A stretch of 64,000 nucleotides of DNA. Source: Heptranchias perlo. Its lineage: Eukaryota. Shown piece by piece: positions 1 to 12,479 of this stretch. Position numbers and translations under genes: made by a program. The notes under the pieces are model-generated. The model was not told the DNA's origin. It saw only the letters and a list, made by a program, of their open reading frames with translations, and made no database searches. The DNA lies in contig NC_090366.1 of NCBI RefSeq assembly GCF_035084215.1, positions 13,826,001 through 13,890,000 on the forward strand, in the 5' to 3' direction. How positions within the stretch are numbered: the first letter of the stretch is position 1; each line of letters opens with the position of its first letter.

Positions 1-76
1 TAAAGTCACCAGATCTACCGCACAAATCGGATTCATCAAATTGGTCCTGATACCCATATTCGAAGCAGTAGCGAAG
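1..76 (+). CDS. PDE9A-like: PDE9A-like cGMP phosphodiesterase, catalytic-domain exon (5' part outside window)
   Basis: Frame from nt 2 reads [25 protein letters not shown], matching PDE9A [25 protein letters not shown], including the invariant Gln/Phe of AQIGF; phase-0 donor AAG|gtaatt at 76/77. Confidence 0.92.
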
Positions 77-107
77 GTAATTCATAAATATAAACAGGAC
101 ATGGGGC

Positions 108-372
108 CTGTGAGTCAGCTGTGACTCAGTGGGTCCCTCTCTCTCTCGCCTCTGCATCAGAAGGTCGCAGAGACTCGAGCCCCATAATCCAGGCCGACAC
201 TCCCCAGTGCCAGTACTGAGGGAGTGCCGCACTGTCGGAGATGCAGTTTTTCGGTTGAGATGTTAAACCGAGGGCCCCGTCTGCCCTCTCAGGTGGATGT
301 AAAAGATCCCACGGCTGCGATTTTGAAGGAGAGCAGGGGGAGTTCTCCCCGGTGTCCTGGGCCCAATATTTA
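108..372 (+). mobile_element. DeuSINE (SacSINE1/AmnSINE1-like), partial
   Basis: tRNA-like head (gactcagtgg) and Deu-type core (gagatgttaaaccgagg...aaaagatccc) shared with many copies in the window. Confidence 0.8.
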
Positions 373-414
373 ACTCTGCATTATCCATTCCTGTTGGCAT
401 TTAAACTCCTAACT

Positions 415-855
415 TGCACCAAGTCCCGTTCACCCATCACCCCCTGTGCTCGCTGACCTACATTGGCTCCCGGTCCGGGAACGCCTCGATTTTAAAATTC
501 TCATCCTCATTTTCAAATCCCTCCATGGGCTCCTCTCCCCCCCTCCCTATCTCTGTAACCTCCTCCAGCCCCTACAACCCTCCGAGATCTCTACGTTCCT
601 CCAATTCTGGCCTCTTGCGCATCCCCCGATTTTAATCGCTCCACCATTGGCGGCCGTGCCTTCAGCTGCCTGGACCCTAAGCTCTGGAATTCCCTCGCTA
701 AACCTCTCCGCCTCTCTCTCCTCCTTTAAGACGCTCCTTAAAACCTACCTCTTTGACCAAGCTTTTGGTCACCTGTCCTAATATCTCCTTATGTGGCTCG
801 GTGTCAAATTTTGTCTGATTTACGCTCCTGTGAAGCGCCTTGGGACATTTTACTA
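415..855 (+). mobile_element. L2-type LINE 3' fragment; its tail resumes at 2779-2820
   Basis: LADLHWLPV..R.DFKIL...FKTLLKTYLF C-terminal L2 ORF2 motifs; interrupted by a CR1 insertion. Confidence 0.85.
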
Positions 856-2778
856 TAAGGCCATAAGACCATAAGAGATAGGAGCAGGAGAAGGCCATTC
901 GGCCCCTCGAGCCTGCTCTGCCATTTAATGAGATCATGGCTGATCTGATTTTTACCTCAACTCCACTTTCACGCCCTTTCCCCATGTCCCTTGACTCCCT
1001 TGCTGATCAAAAATTTGTCTAACTCAGTCTTTTGAAAATGACCCTTTTATCCCGACTCTTTGTTTTCTGTTAGTTAGCCAATCCTCTATCCATGCCAGTA
1101 TATTACCCCCAACACCATGAGCTCTTATCTTGTGCAGTAATCTTTTATGTGGCACCTTATCGAATGCCTTTTGGAAATCCAAATATACTGCATCCATTGG
1201 TTCCCCTTTATCCACCCTGTCCGTTACTTCCTCAAAGAACTCTAATAAATTTGTCAGACATGATTTCCCCTTCATAAAACCATGTTGACTCTCCTTGATT
1301 GTATTATGAGTCTCCAAATGTCCTGCTACTACTTCCTTAATAATGGATTCTAGCATTTTCCCAATGACAGATGTTAGGCTAACTGGTCTATAGTTACCTG
1401 CTTTCTGTCTCACTCCCTTCTTGAATAGGGGTGTTACGTTTGCGGTTTTCCAATCCGCTGGGACCTTTCCAGAATCTAGTGAATTCTGGAAGATTACAAC
1501 CAATGCATCCACTATCTCTGTAGCCACTTCCTTTAAGACCCTTGGATGCAAACCATCAGGTCCAGGGGACTTGTCAGCCTTTAGACCCATTAGTTTACCG
1601 AGTACTTTTTCTCTAGTGATAGTGATTGTTTTTAGTTCCTCCCTCCCCTTTGCCCCTTGATTTTCTACTATTATTGGTATGTTATCAGTGTCTTCTACTG
1701 TGAAGACAGATACAAAATATCTGTTCAATTCCTCTGCCATCTCCTTGTTTTCCATTATTATTTCCCCAGTCTCATCCTCTAAGGGACCAATGTTTACTTT
1801 AGCTATCCTCTTCCTTTTTATATACTTGCAGAAGCTTTTACTGTTAGTTTTTATATTTCTTGCTAGTTTACTCTCATAATTTATTTTCTTCCTCTTTATT
1901 ATTCTTTTAGTCATCCTTTGCTGGTTTTTAAAGTTTTCCCGATCTTCGGGCCAGTAATCTTTGCCATGTTGTATGCTTTTTCTTTTAACCTGATACCATC
2001 CTTGACTTCCTTAGTTAGCCATGGTTGGTTCACTCTTTTTGTGGAGTCTTTCCTCCTCACAGGGATATATTTTTGTTGCGAGTCATAAAATACCTTTTTA
2101 AATGTTTGCCACTGCTTATCCACCATCATACCATCTAATCTGTTTACCCAGTCCACTTTAGCCAATTCCGCCCTCATTCCTTTATAATTGCCCTTATTTA
2201 AGTTTAATACAGTAGTTTCAGACCCAAGATCCTCGCTCTCAAACTGGATGTGAAATTCTATCATGTTATGATCACTGCTTCCTAAGGGATCCTTTACTTT
2301 GAGATCATTAATTAATCCTGTTTCGTTACCCATTACCAGATCCAAAATGGCCTGTTCCCTGGTTGGTTCCCCGACGTATTGGTCTAAGAAACAGTCCCTA
2401 ATACATTCTATGAACTCCTCCTCAGGGCTATTTTTGCCAATTTGATTGGTGCAATCTGTGTGAAAGTTAAAATCGCCCATGATTATTGCATTACCTTTTT
2501 TACAAGCCCCCCTTATTTCCTGATTAATATTTTGCCCTACAGTGTAGCTACTGTTAGGCGGCCTATATACTACTCCCACCAGTGATTTCTTTCCCTTGCT
2601 ATTTCTTACCTCCACCCAAATTGATTCGACATCTTGATCTTCTGAGGCAGGATAATTTCTCACTATTATACCAATTTCATCCTTTATTAACAGAGCTACC
2701 CCACCACCTTTACCTTTTCTCCTGTCCTTCCGAAACATTAAATAACCCTAAATATTTAGCTCCCAACCTTGGTCACCT
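856..2778 (-). mobile_element. CR1 LINE (endonuclease + N-terminal RT, internally deleted, 3'UTR at 856-1023) inserted in L2
   Basis: ORFs 1911-2738 (GVVYRPP, MGDFN, SDH) and 1024-1914 (KSPGPDG, NYRPVSLTS, QHGF, YLDFQKAFDKVPH); flanked by direct repeat TTTTACTA at 848-855 and 2779-2786. Confidence 0.92.
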
Positions 2779-2936
2779 TTTTACTACGTTAAAGACACTG
2801 TATAAATGCAAGTTGCTGTGGTGGATTGCAGAGTTACTCAAGATGGAATCTTGCCACGTTAGAATCCCACCAGGGTTGGGAGCTGTCCGCTGGACTGGTG
2901 GTCCCTGATTGAACGTGTGTTGCCCTTGGCTTTCAG

Positions 2937-3032
2937 CTGTTCTCACAGATCGAGGAGGTGATGCTTCAGCCTTTGAGGGAGTCGAGAGATCGGTACGAAG
3001 AACTCAAAGAAACCGAGGATGCCATGAGAAAG
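2937..3032 (+). CDS. PDE9A-like: PDE9A-like exon (96 nt)
   Basis: tttcag|...AAG|gtgagg; reads [32 protein letters not shown] vs PDE9A [32 protein letters not shown]; phase compatible with 1-76. Confidence 0.92.
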
Positions 3033-3069
3033 GTGAGGCAAAATTCTCAACACGATACTCTGCGTCTAA

Positions 3070-3880
3070 TTGATAAATGAATTTCAATATGGATAAGTGG
3101 TGCATTTTGGTAGGAAGAATAAGGAGGCCACACACTGCTCGGATAATAAGAGTCTAAATGGGGTAGAGGAGCAGAGGGATCTGGGGGGACAGATACACAA
3201 ATCATTAAAAGTAGCGACGCAGGTTAATAAGGCCATAAAAAAAGCAAATCAAGCACTGGGATTCATTTCTTGAGGATAGAATTGAAGAGCAGAGAAGTTA
3301 TGTTCAGTTTGTCTCGAACCTTGGTTAGACCACACTAAGAGCACTGTGTACAGTTCTGGTCTCCATATTATAAAAAAAGGATATAGAGGCACTGGAGAAG
3401 GTGCAAAAAAGATTTACAAGGATGTTACCAGAACTGAGAGGTTATAACTATCAGGAAAGACTGAACAGGCTGGGGCTCTTTTCTCTCGAAGAGAGAAGGC
3501 TGAGGGGTGACCTGATAAAATTATGAAGGAGTTCGATAGGGTAGACGGAGAGAAGATGTTTCCACTTGTGGGGGAGACCAGAACTAGGGGCCATACATAT
3601 AAGATAGTCACTAATAAATCCAATAGGGAATTCAGGAGAAACTTCTTTACCCAGAGAGTGGTGAGAATGTGGAACTCGCTCCCACAAGCAGTAGTTGAGG
3701 TGAATAGTGTAGATGGATTTAAGGGGAAGCTGGATAAACACATGAGGGAGAAAGGAATAGAAGGATATGGTGATAGGGTGTGATGGAGTAGGGAGGGAGG
3801 AGGCTCGTGTGGAGCATAAACACCGGGATAGACCTGTTGGGCCGAATGGCCTGTTTCTGTGCTGTACATTCTATGTAATT
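3070..3880 (+). mobile_element. CR1 LINE 3' fragment
   Basis: TRGH..K...FFTQRVVRMWNSLP motif and CR1 3'UTR. Confidence 0.85.
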
Positions 3881-3920
3881 ATGTATGTTATCGCTCTCTC
3901 TCCTCCTGTACATTTCCCAG

Positions 3921-3953
3921 GGTCTCAATTCTTTGACGTGCTCTCCTCCCTGA
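3921..3953 (+). CDS. Best candidate terminal coding exon of the PDE9A-like gene (GLNSLTCSPP*)
   Basis: Pyrimidine tract + ttcccag acceptor at 3920, phase 0, stop at 3951-3953, AATAAA at 4059-4064. Confidence 0.5.
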   Translation, partial: GLNSLTCSPP

Positions 3954-4174
3954 CCCCGTGTAGTTTCCTGATCCAGTCCACGTTTTGTATCTGACACGCG
4001 CCCAGTCTGACCGAGGTCTCTCGTGAGAGATTGGAGGTGGCACGAGAGGGAATATCTCAATAAATTGGTAAAATCGGAGGTCAGAAGTGTGGGAGATCAT
4101 CTGGAGCCTGGTCGCTACAGGTTGTCCAGGAGATTTCTGAAGTTCATCTATTCATTTCACTTTTGGTACTCACA

Positions 4175-4683
4175 TTCTTGGAGAGGGTGCAGAGGAGATT
4201 CACCAGAGTGGGACCAGGGACGAGGGACTTCAGTTATGTGGAGAGACTGAAGAAGCTGGGATTGTTCTCCTTGGAGCAGAGAAGGTTAAGGGGAGATTTA
4301 ATCGAGGGGTTCAAAATCATGAGGGGTTTTGACAGAGTAAATAAGGAGAAACTGTTTCCAGTGGCAGGAGGGTCGGTAACCAGAGGACACAGATTGAAGA
4401 TAATTGGCAAAAGAACCAGAGGGGGAGATGAGGAGACATTTTTTTTACGCAGTGAGTTGTGATGATCTGGAATGCGCTGCCTGAAAGGGCGGTGGAAGCA
4501 GATTCAATAATAACTTTCAAAAGGGGAATTGGATAAATACTTGAAAAGGAAGAATTTGCAGGGCTATTGGGAAAGAGCAGGGGGGAGTGGGACTATTTGG
4601 ATAGATCGTTCAAAGAGCCGGCACAGGCATGATGGACCGAATGGCCTCCTTCTGTGCTGTAAGGTTCTATGATTCTATGATTC
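4175..4683 (+). mobile_element. CR1 LINE 3' fragment
   Basis: [10 protein letters not shown]...[17 protein letters not shown]; (attctatg)n tail. Confidence 0.85.
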
Positions 4684-4829
4684 ATTCTCTTCCTCCTTCC
4701 CTCCTCCTCCTCTCTCTCCCTCAATTTCTCTCTCATTCATCTTTTTCTCCATCTTTCCTTATTTGCATAGCAGGTGGAGACAGTTCCAACTGCAGCCGAC
4801 ATCTCTTGATAGACATCAACCCATCTTCA

Positions 4830-7232
4830 CACCATATCCCTCAATCCCTCCTACCCACCACCTCTCCATATCCCTCAATCCCACCTACCTACCTTCACAC
4901 CATATCCCTCAATCCCACCTACCCACCTTCTCCCTATATCCCTCAATCCCACCTACCCACCTTCTCCCCATATCCCTCAATCCCTCCTACCCACCTTCTC
5001 CCCATATCCCTCAATCCCACCTTCCCACCTTCTCCCTATATCCCTCAATCCCTCCTACCCACCATCTCCCCATATCCCTCAAACCCACCTACCTACCTTC
5101 TCCTCATATCCGTCAAACCCACCTACCCACCTTCTCCCCATATCCCTCAATCCCACCCACCCACCATCTCCCCATATCCCTTAAACCCCACCTTCTCACC
5201 ATATCCCTCAATCCCACCCACCCACCATCTCCCCATATCCCTTAAACCCCACCTCCCCACCTTCTCACCATATCCCTCAATCCCACCCACCCACCATCTC
5301 CCCATATCCCTTAAACCCCACCTCCCCACCTTCTCACCATATCCCTCAATCCCACCCACCCACCATCTCCCCATATCCCTTAAACCCCACCTCCCCACCT
5401 TCTCACCATATCCCTCAATCCCACCCACCCACCTTCTCACCATATCCCTCAATCCCACCTACCCACCTTCTCCCCATATCCCACAATCCCACCTACCCAC
5501 CTTCTCACCATATCCCTCAATCCCACCCACCCACCTTCTCACCATATCCCTCAATCCCACCTACCCACCTTCTCCCCATATCCCACAATCCCACCTCCCC
5601 ACCTTCTCACCATATCCCTCAATCCCACCTACCCACCTTCTCCCCATATCCCACAATCCCACCTCCCCACCTTCTCACCATATCCCTCAATCCCACCTAC
5701 CCACCTTCTCCCCATATCCCACAATCCCACCTCCCCACCTTCTCCCCATATCCCACAATCCCACCTACCCACCTTCTCACCATATCCCTCAATCCCACCC
5801 ACCCACCATCTCCCCATATCCCTTAAACCCCACCTCCCCACCTTCTCACCATATCCCTCAATCCCACCCACCCACCTTCTCACCATATCCCTCAATCCCA
5901 CCTACCCACCTTCTCCCCATATCCCTCAATCCCACCCACCCACCATCTCCCCATATCCCTTAAACCCCACCTCCCCACCTTCTCACCATATCCCTCAATC
6001 CCACCCACCCACCATCTTCCCATATCCCTTAAACCCCACCTCCCCACCTTCTCACCATATCCCTCAATCCCACCCACCCACCTTCTCACCATATCCCTCA
6101 ATCCCACCTACCCACCTTCACACCATATCCCTCAATCCCACCCACCCACCTTCTCCCCATATCCCTCAATCCCACCCACCCACCATCTCCCCATATCCCT
6201 TAAACCCCACCTCCCCACCTTCTCACCATATCCCTCAATCCCACCCACCCACCATCTTCCCATATCCCTTAAACCCCACCTCCCCACCTTCTCACCATAT
6301 CCCTCAATCCCACCCACCCACCTTCTCACCATATCCCTCAATCCCACCTACCCACCTTCTCCCCATATCCCACAATCCCACCTCCCCACCTTCTCACCAT
6401 ATCCCTCAATCCCACCTACCCACCTTCTCCCCATATACCACAATCCCACCTCCCCACCTTCTCACCATATCCCTCAATCCCACCTACCCACCTTCTCCCC
6501 ATATCCCACAATCCCACCTCCCCACCTTCTCCCCATATCCCACAATCCCACCTACCACCTTCTCACCATATCCCTCAATCCCACCCACCCACCATCTCCC
6601 CATATCCCTTAAACCCCACCTCCCCACCTTCTCACCATATCCCTCAATCCCACCCACCCACCTTCTCACCATATCCCTCAATCCCACCTACCCACCTTCT
6701 CCCCATATCCCTCAATCCCACCCACCCACCATCTCCCCATATCCCTTAAACCCCACCTCCCCACCTTCTCACCATATCCCTCAATCCCACCCACCCACCA
6801 TCTTCCCATATCCCTTAAACCCCACCTCCCCACCTTCTCACCATATCCCTCAATCCCACCCACCCACCTTCTCACCATATCCCTCAATCCCACCTACCCA
6901 CCTTCACACCATATCCCTCAATCCCACCCACCCACCTTCTCCCCATATCCCTCAATCCCACCCACCCACCATCTCCCCATATCCCTTAAACCCCACCTCC
7001 CCACCTTCTCACCATATCCCTCAATCCCACCCACCCACCATCTTCCCATATCCCTTAAACCCCACCTCCCCACCTTCTCACCATACCCCTCAATCCCACC
7101 TACCCACCTTCTCCCCATATCCCTCAATCCCACCTACCCACCTTCTCACCATATCCCTCAATCCCACCCACCCACCTTCTCACCATATCCCTCAATCCCA
7201 CTTACCCACCTTCACACCATATCCCTCAATCC
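4830..7232. repeat. C-rich minisatellite, ~33-34-bp unit ccatatccctcaatcccacc(t/c)acccaccttctc(a/c)
   Basis: About 2.4 kb of tandem variants, with higher-order repetition of variant order. Confidence 0.95.
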
Positions 7233-7586
7233 CTTCTCTCTCCAAAAACACATCTAATTTCCCCTCGACCCCATTCACACAATGCCATCTCTTCTTAATT
7301 TACTCCACACTCTGCTCCCCTTCATGTGAAAGGTTTATGTCTCATTTTCCTTCCCACACTGAACTTCTTTAATTCTGAAATGCAACCCCTGGGAAGTCAA
7401 CTCTTCATCACAGGGAGCAATTGTTGTTAATCGACTCCCAACAAACCTTCGTAATCTTCAAGACGTCAACTTCAAGCAACCTCAGGACCTTCCCTCCATC
7501 GAAACCCAGCGTCAAAATACCAAAACGCATCATGGTTTCGACACTGTTTAATCTTTATCTCTTTCTCTTTTTCCTTTACCTTTGAG

Positions 7587-7676
7587 GAGCAGTGGAAGGG
7601 CAAAGAAGGCATAACTCCGCCTGCCAAGGAAAGTACGCCCCGTGCCTCTATGACCGAACCTTCTGGGTCGCAATGA
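7587..7676 (+). CDS. Alternative candidate terminal exon of the PDE9A-like gene (EQWKGKEG...EPSGSQ*)
   Basis: Long pyrimidine tract 7552-7583, AG at 7586 or 7592 (both phase 0), unique UTR-like sequence after, ATTAAA twice near 8995-9010. Confidence 0.3.
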   Translation, partial: EQWKGKEGITPPAKESTPRASMTEPSGSQ

Positions 7677-7995
7677 CCCACTCCTGTTGAGCAAACATCT
7701 CACAGTCTCCTACTTCTGCCCTGTGCTGCTGGACATTGGGATAACGTGGATTTTGTGGTACGATGCAAACCTACCAGGACTGAGTGGCATCACTGGGTTG
7801 GCACGGTGCCCGCTCACCTCTGTAGACCCGAATTCCATTCTAGGCCCAGTGGCTGGAGGGTCTTCTCTACCTGCGGCCTGGATGGGTGGAGATCGACCAG
7901 CTGAAGGCAGCTCTGATTAATGAGGCACTGAACTGTCAATCTCATTCAGTGGGAGCCACGGGGAGGCTGGTGCAGGATGTGGGCAGCATGGGCTC

Positions 7996-8968
7996 ACTCT
8001 GTATCTAACCCTGTACCTGCCCTGGGAGTGTTTGATGGGACAGTGTAGAGGGAGCTTTACTCTGTATCTAACCCTGTACCTGCCCTGGGAGTGTTTGATG
8101 GGACAGTGTAGAGGGAGCTTTACTCTGTATCTAACCCTGTACCTGCCCTGGGAGTGTTTGATGGGACAGTGTAGAGGGAGCTTTACTCTGTATCTAACCC
8201 TGTACCTGCCCTGGGAGTGTTTGATGGGGACAGTGTAGAGGGAGCTTTACTCTGTATCTAACCCTGTACCTGCCCTGGAAGTGTTTGACGGGACAGTGTA
8301 GAGGGAGCTTTACTCTGTATCTAACCCTGTACCTGCCCTGGGAGTGTTTGACGGGACAGTGTAGAGGGAGCTTTACTCTGTATCTAACCCTGTACCTGCC
8401 CTGGGAGTGTTTGATGGGACAGTGTAGAGGGAGCTTTACTCTGTATCTAACCCTGTACCTGCCCTGGGAGTGTTTGATGGGACAGTGTAGAGGGAGCTTT
8501 ACTCTGTATCTAACCCTGTACCTGCCCTGGGAGTGTTTGATGGGACAGTGTAGAGGGAGCTTTACTCTGTATCTAACCCTGTACCTGCCCTGGGAGTGTT
8601 TGATGGGACAGTGTAGAGGGAGCTTTACTCTGTATCTAACCCTGTACCTGCCCTGGGAGTGTTTGATGGGACGGTGTAGAGGGAGCTTTACTCTGTATCT
8701 AACCCTGTACCTGCCCTGGGAGTGTTTGATGGGACAGTGTAGAGGGAGCTTTACTCTGTATCTAACCCTGTACCTGCCCTGGGAGTGTTTGATGGGACAG
8801 TGTAGAGGGAGCTTTACTCTGTATCTAACCCTGTACCTGCCCTGGGAGTGTTTGATGGGACAGTGTAGAGGGAGCTTTACTCTGTATCTAACCCTGTACC
8901 TGCCCTGGGAGTGTTTGATGGGACAGTGTAGAGGGAGCTTTACTCTGTATCTAACCCATGCTGTACCT
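7996..8968. repeat. 63-bp minisatellite (~15 copies)
   Basis: Unit actctgtatctaaccctgtacctgccctgggagtgtttgatgggacagtgtagagggagcttt; same unit at 54292-54568. Confidence 0.95.
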
Positions 8969-9151
8969 TTAATTTGGGGTGGGTAAAATGTTTATTAAAT
9001 GTTTATTAAACACAAGAAATATCTCGGGAGCAGTCAGAACCTTTGACACAAATCTGTAGAGGAAGTCTGGAAGACATCATCCAATGTGCTTTGGTTCATT
9101 ATATTCACCTGGGTCCGCCTCTGCAATAGTACCTGGAATTACAAACAATTT

Positions 9152-9852
9152 TACAGCTCAGAAACAGGCCATTCGGCCCATCTGGTCTATGCCGGTGTTT
9201 ATGCTCCACACGAGCCTCCTCCCTCCCTACTTCATCACACCCTATCACCATATCCTTCTATTCCTTTCTCCCTCATGTGTTTATCCAGCTTCCCCTTAAA
9301 TCCATCTACACTATTCACCTCAACTACTCCTTGTGGGAGCGAGTTCCACATTCTCACCACTCTCTGGGTAAAGAAGTTTCTCCTGAATTCCCTATTGGAT
9401 TTATTAGTGACTATCTTATATTTATGGCCCCCTAGTTCTGGTCTCCCCCACAAGTGGAAACATCTTCTCTATGTCTACCCTATCGAAACCTTTCATAATT
9501 TTAAAGACCTCTATCAGGTCACCCCTCAGCCTTCTCTTTTCTAGAGAAAAGAGCCCCAGCCTGTTCAGTCTTTCCTGATAGTTTATAACCTATCAGTTCT
9601 GGTTCATCCTTGTAAATCTTTTTTGCACCTTCTCCAGTGCTTCTATATCCTTTTTATAATATGGAGACCAGAACTGTGCCCAGTGCTCCAAGTGTGGTCT
9701 AACCAAGGTTCTATATAAGTTTAAGATAACTTCTCTGCTTTTTAATTCTATCCCTCTGGAAATGAACCCCAGTGCTTGATTTGCTTTTTTTTAATGGCCT
9801 TATTAACCTGCAACACTACTTATAATGATTAGTGTATCTGTATCCCTAGATT
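9152..9852 (-). mobile_element. CR1 LINE 3' fragment
   Basis: Reverse complement of the family at 3070-3880. Confidence 0.85.
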
Positions 9853-9854
9853 CT

Positions 9855-11012
9855 TTTTTTACTCGTTCATGGGATGTGGGCGTTGCTGGCGAGGCCGGCA
9901 TTTATTGCCCATCCCTAATTTCCCTTGAGAAGGCGGTGGTGAGCCGCCTTCTTGAACCGCTGCAGTCCGTATGGTGACGGTTCTCCCACAGTGCTGTTCG
10001 GAAGGGAGTTCCAGGATTTTGACCCAGCGACGATGAAGGAACGGCCGATATATTTCCAAGTCGGGATGGTGTGTGACTTGGAGGGGAACGTGCAGGTGGT
10101 GTTGTTCCCATGTGCCTGCTGCCCCTGTCCTTCTAGGTGGTAGAGGTCGCGGGTTTGGGAGGTGCTGTCGAAGAAGCCTTGGCGAGTTGCTGCAGTGCAT
10201 CCTGTGGATGGTACACACTGCAGCCACAGTGCGCCGGTGGTGAAGGGAGTGAATGTTTAGGGTGGTGGATGGGGTGCCAATCAAGCGGGCTGCTTTGTCC
10301 TGGATGGTGTCGAGCTTCTTGAGTGTTGTTGGAGCTGCACTCATCCAGGCAAGTGGAGAGTATTCCATCACACTCCTGACTTGTGCCTTGTAGATGGTGG
10401 AAAGGCTTTGGGGAGTCAGGAGGTGAGTCACTCGCCGCAGAATACCCAGCCTCTGACCTGCTCTTGTAGCCACAGTATTTATATGGCTGGTCCAGTTAAG
10501 TTTCTGGTCAATGGTGACCCCCAGGATGTTGATGGTGGGGGATTCGGCGATGGTAATGCCGTTGAATGTCAAGGGGAGGTGGTTAGACTTTCTCTTGTTG
10601 GAGATGGTCATTGCCTGGCACTTGTCTGGCGCGAATGTTACTTGCCACTTATCAGCCCAAGCCTGGATGTTGTCCAGGCCTTGCTGCATGCGGGCTCGGA
10701 CTGTTTCGTTATGTGAGGGGTTGCGCATGGAACTGAACACTGTGCAATCATCAGTGAACATCCCCATTTCTGACCTTATGATGGAGGGAAGGTCATTGAT
10801 GAAGCAGCTGAAGATGGTTAGGCCTAGGACACTGCCCTGAGGAACTCCTGCAGCAATGTCCTGGGGCTGAGATGATTGGCCTCCAACAACCACTACCATC
10901 TTCCTTTGTGCTAGGTATGACTCCAGCCACTGGAGATTTTTCCCCGATTCCCATTGATCAATTTTACTGGGGCTCCTTGGTGCCACACTCGGTCAAATGC
11001 TGCCTTGATGTC
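9855..11012 (-). mobile_element. Non-LTR retrotransposon of a second CR1/L2-group family, RT C-terminal half
   Basis: ORF 9859-10986: GVPQGSVLG, F(T/A)DD, ILGVTID, YKAQVRSVMEY; same family at 45240-45545, 51775-52195, 62615-63430. Confidence 0.85.
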
Positions 11013-11589
11013 AACCTTAGATCCCTCTGCTCCTCTACCCCATTTAGACTCTTACTATCCGAGGAGTGTGCGGCCTCCTTATTCCTCCTACCAAAATGCT
11101 CCACCTCACACTCATCGATGTTGAAACCAATTGACCATTCGCGCGCTCCTTCTGCAGTTTTATTAACGGCCGTCTCCTCTCCTGCCTTGGACAGGAGTTG
11201 GACATTTCTGTCGTCAAAGAGTGCCAATGATTCAGGTCGTTGAGGAGTTGGAACAGGTTCTGGTGTCAAGTGAGGCTGGACTGAGGCCTTGGGCCACCCA
11301 ACAGTTGGCCAACTCTCCCTCCGAGGAATGAACGCCTGTGGAATTGTCACTTCTAAGGGAGCTTGGATGAAAGTCGGGATGGGTGAAACATGTAGAGACG
11401 TGCCTTCGCACGGCAATTAAATTTGGGATATACGTTACATTTTCCATTAAAGACTGACTCCAACTGTTTACTCGAGTGTTTGTATAATTCAAGCAGATCT
11501 CTTGACATCTCACCGTTATTCTCAGCTCAGCAGAATCTGCAAAGGCAGAGCATTAAACTTCGGAGCTTTGCGTGTGGTCCGTGTGTCCC

Positions 11590-12112
11590 AGTCGGTTATA
11601 GGATCATACAGCGCAGGAGGAGGCCATTCGGCCCATCGTGGCCTGTGCCGGCTCTTTGAAAGAGCGATCCAATTAGTCCCACTCCCCCCCTGCTCTTTCC
11701 CCGTAGCCCTGCATATTTTTCCTTTCCAATTCCCCCTTTTGAAAGTTATTATTGAATCTGCTTCCACCGCCCATTCAGGCAGCGCATTCCAGATCATCAC
11801 AACTCGCTGCGTAAAAAACATTCTCCTCATCTCCCCCTCTGGTTCTTTTGCCAATTACCTTAAATCTGTGTCCTCTGGTTACCGACCCTCCTGCCACTGG
11901 AAACAGTTTCTCCTTATTTACTCTATCAAAACCCCTCATGATTTTGAACCCCTCGATTAAATCTCCCCTTAACCTTCTCTGCTCTGAGGAGAACAATCCC
12001 AGCTTCTCCAGTCTCTCCACATAACTGAAGTCCCTCATCCCTGGTCCCATTCTGGTAAATCTCCTCCGCACCCTCTCCAAGGCCTTGACATCCTTCCGAA
12101 AGTGCGGGGCCA
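11590..12112 (-). mobile_element. CR1 LINE 3' fragment
   Basis: APHFRKDVKALERVRRRFTRM...RRLRGDLIE. Confidence 0.85.
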
Positions 12113-12479
12113 GTAATAGTTGTTGGATTAAACTCACCGAACCTTTGGGGGAGAGGATTCGAAGAGAGGAGTCGGCTTCTTTGCTGCGCTCTGCTACCTC
12201 TGGCAGCTCCGAACGCCCACAAGCAGCTTTGTGCCAGGAAACGTGATCGAAATTATTCTCGAGTAGCAATAACCACAGAAAACCCACATGCGAAAACTGA
12301 TAGTCGCGAGTGAATACATCGGAAACCACTTGCAGTCGGAAAATTGTAGAGACCCTCCCCTGAGAGGCAGCAAGAGTAGGGCTGGAGTACAGTCGCTCAA
12401 GTGGCAGCTTCAGGACCCCCCTCCCACAGCCTCCAATCCCACCCATTCCTGCCCCAGAGGCCAACTGTGCTGCCAAGCA

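Noticed and set aside
4629-7133. Pro/His-rich and Gly/Trp-rich ORFs
   Set aside because: Low-complexity minisatellite translations.
7996-8968. Regular arrays as CRISPR-like loci (also 21390-22400 and 56575-58972)
   Set aside because: Head-to-tail units without unique spacers, vertebrate context, no cas genes.
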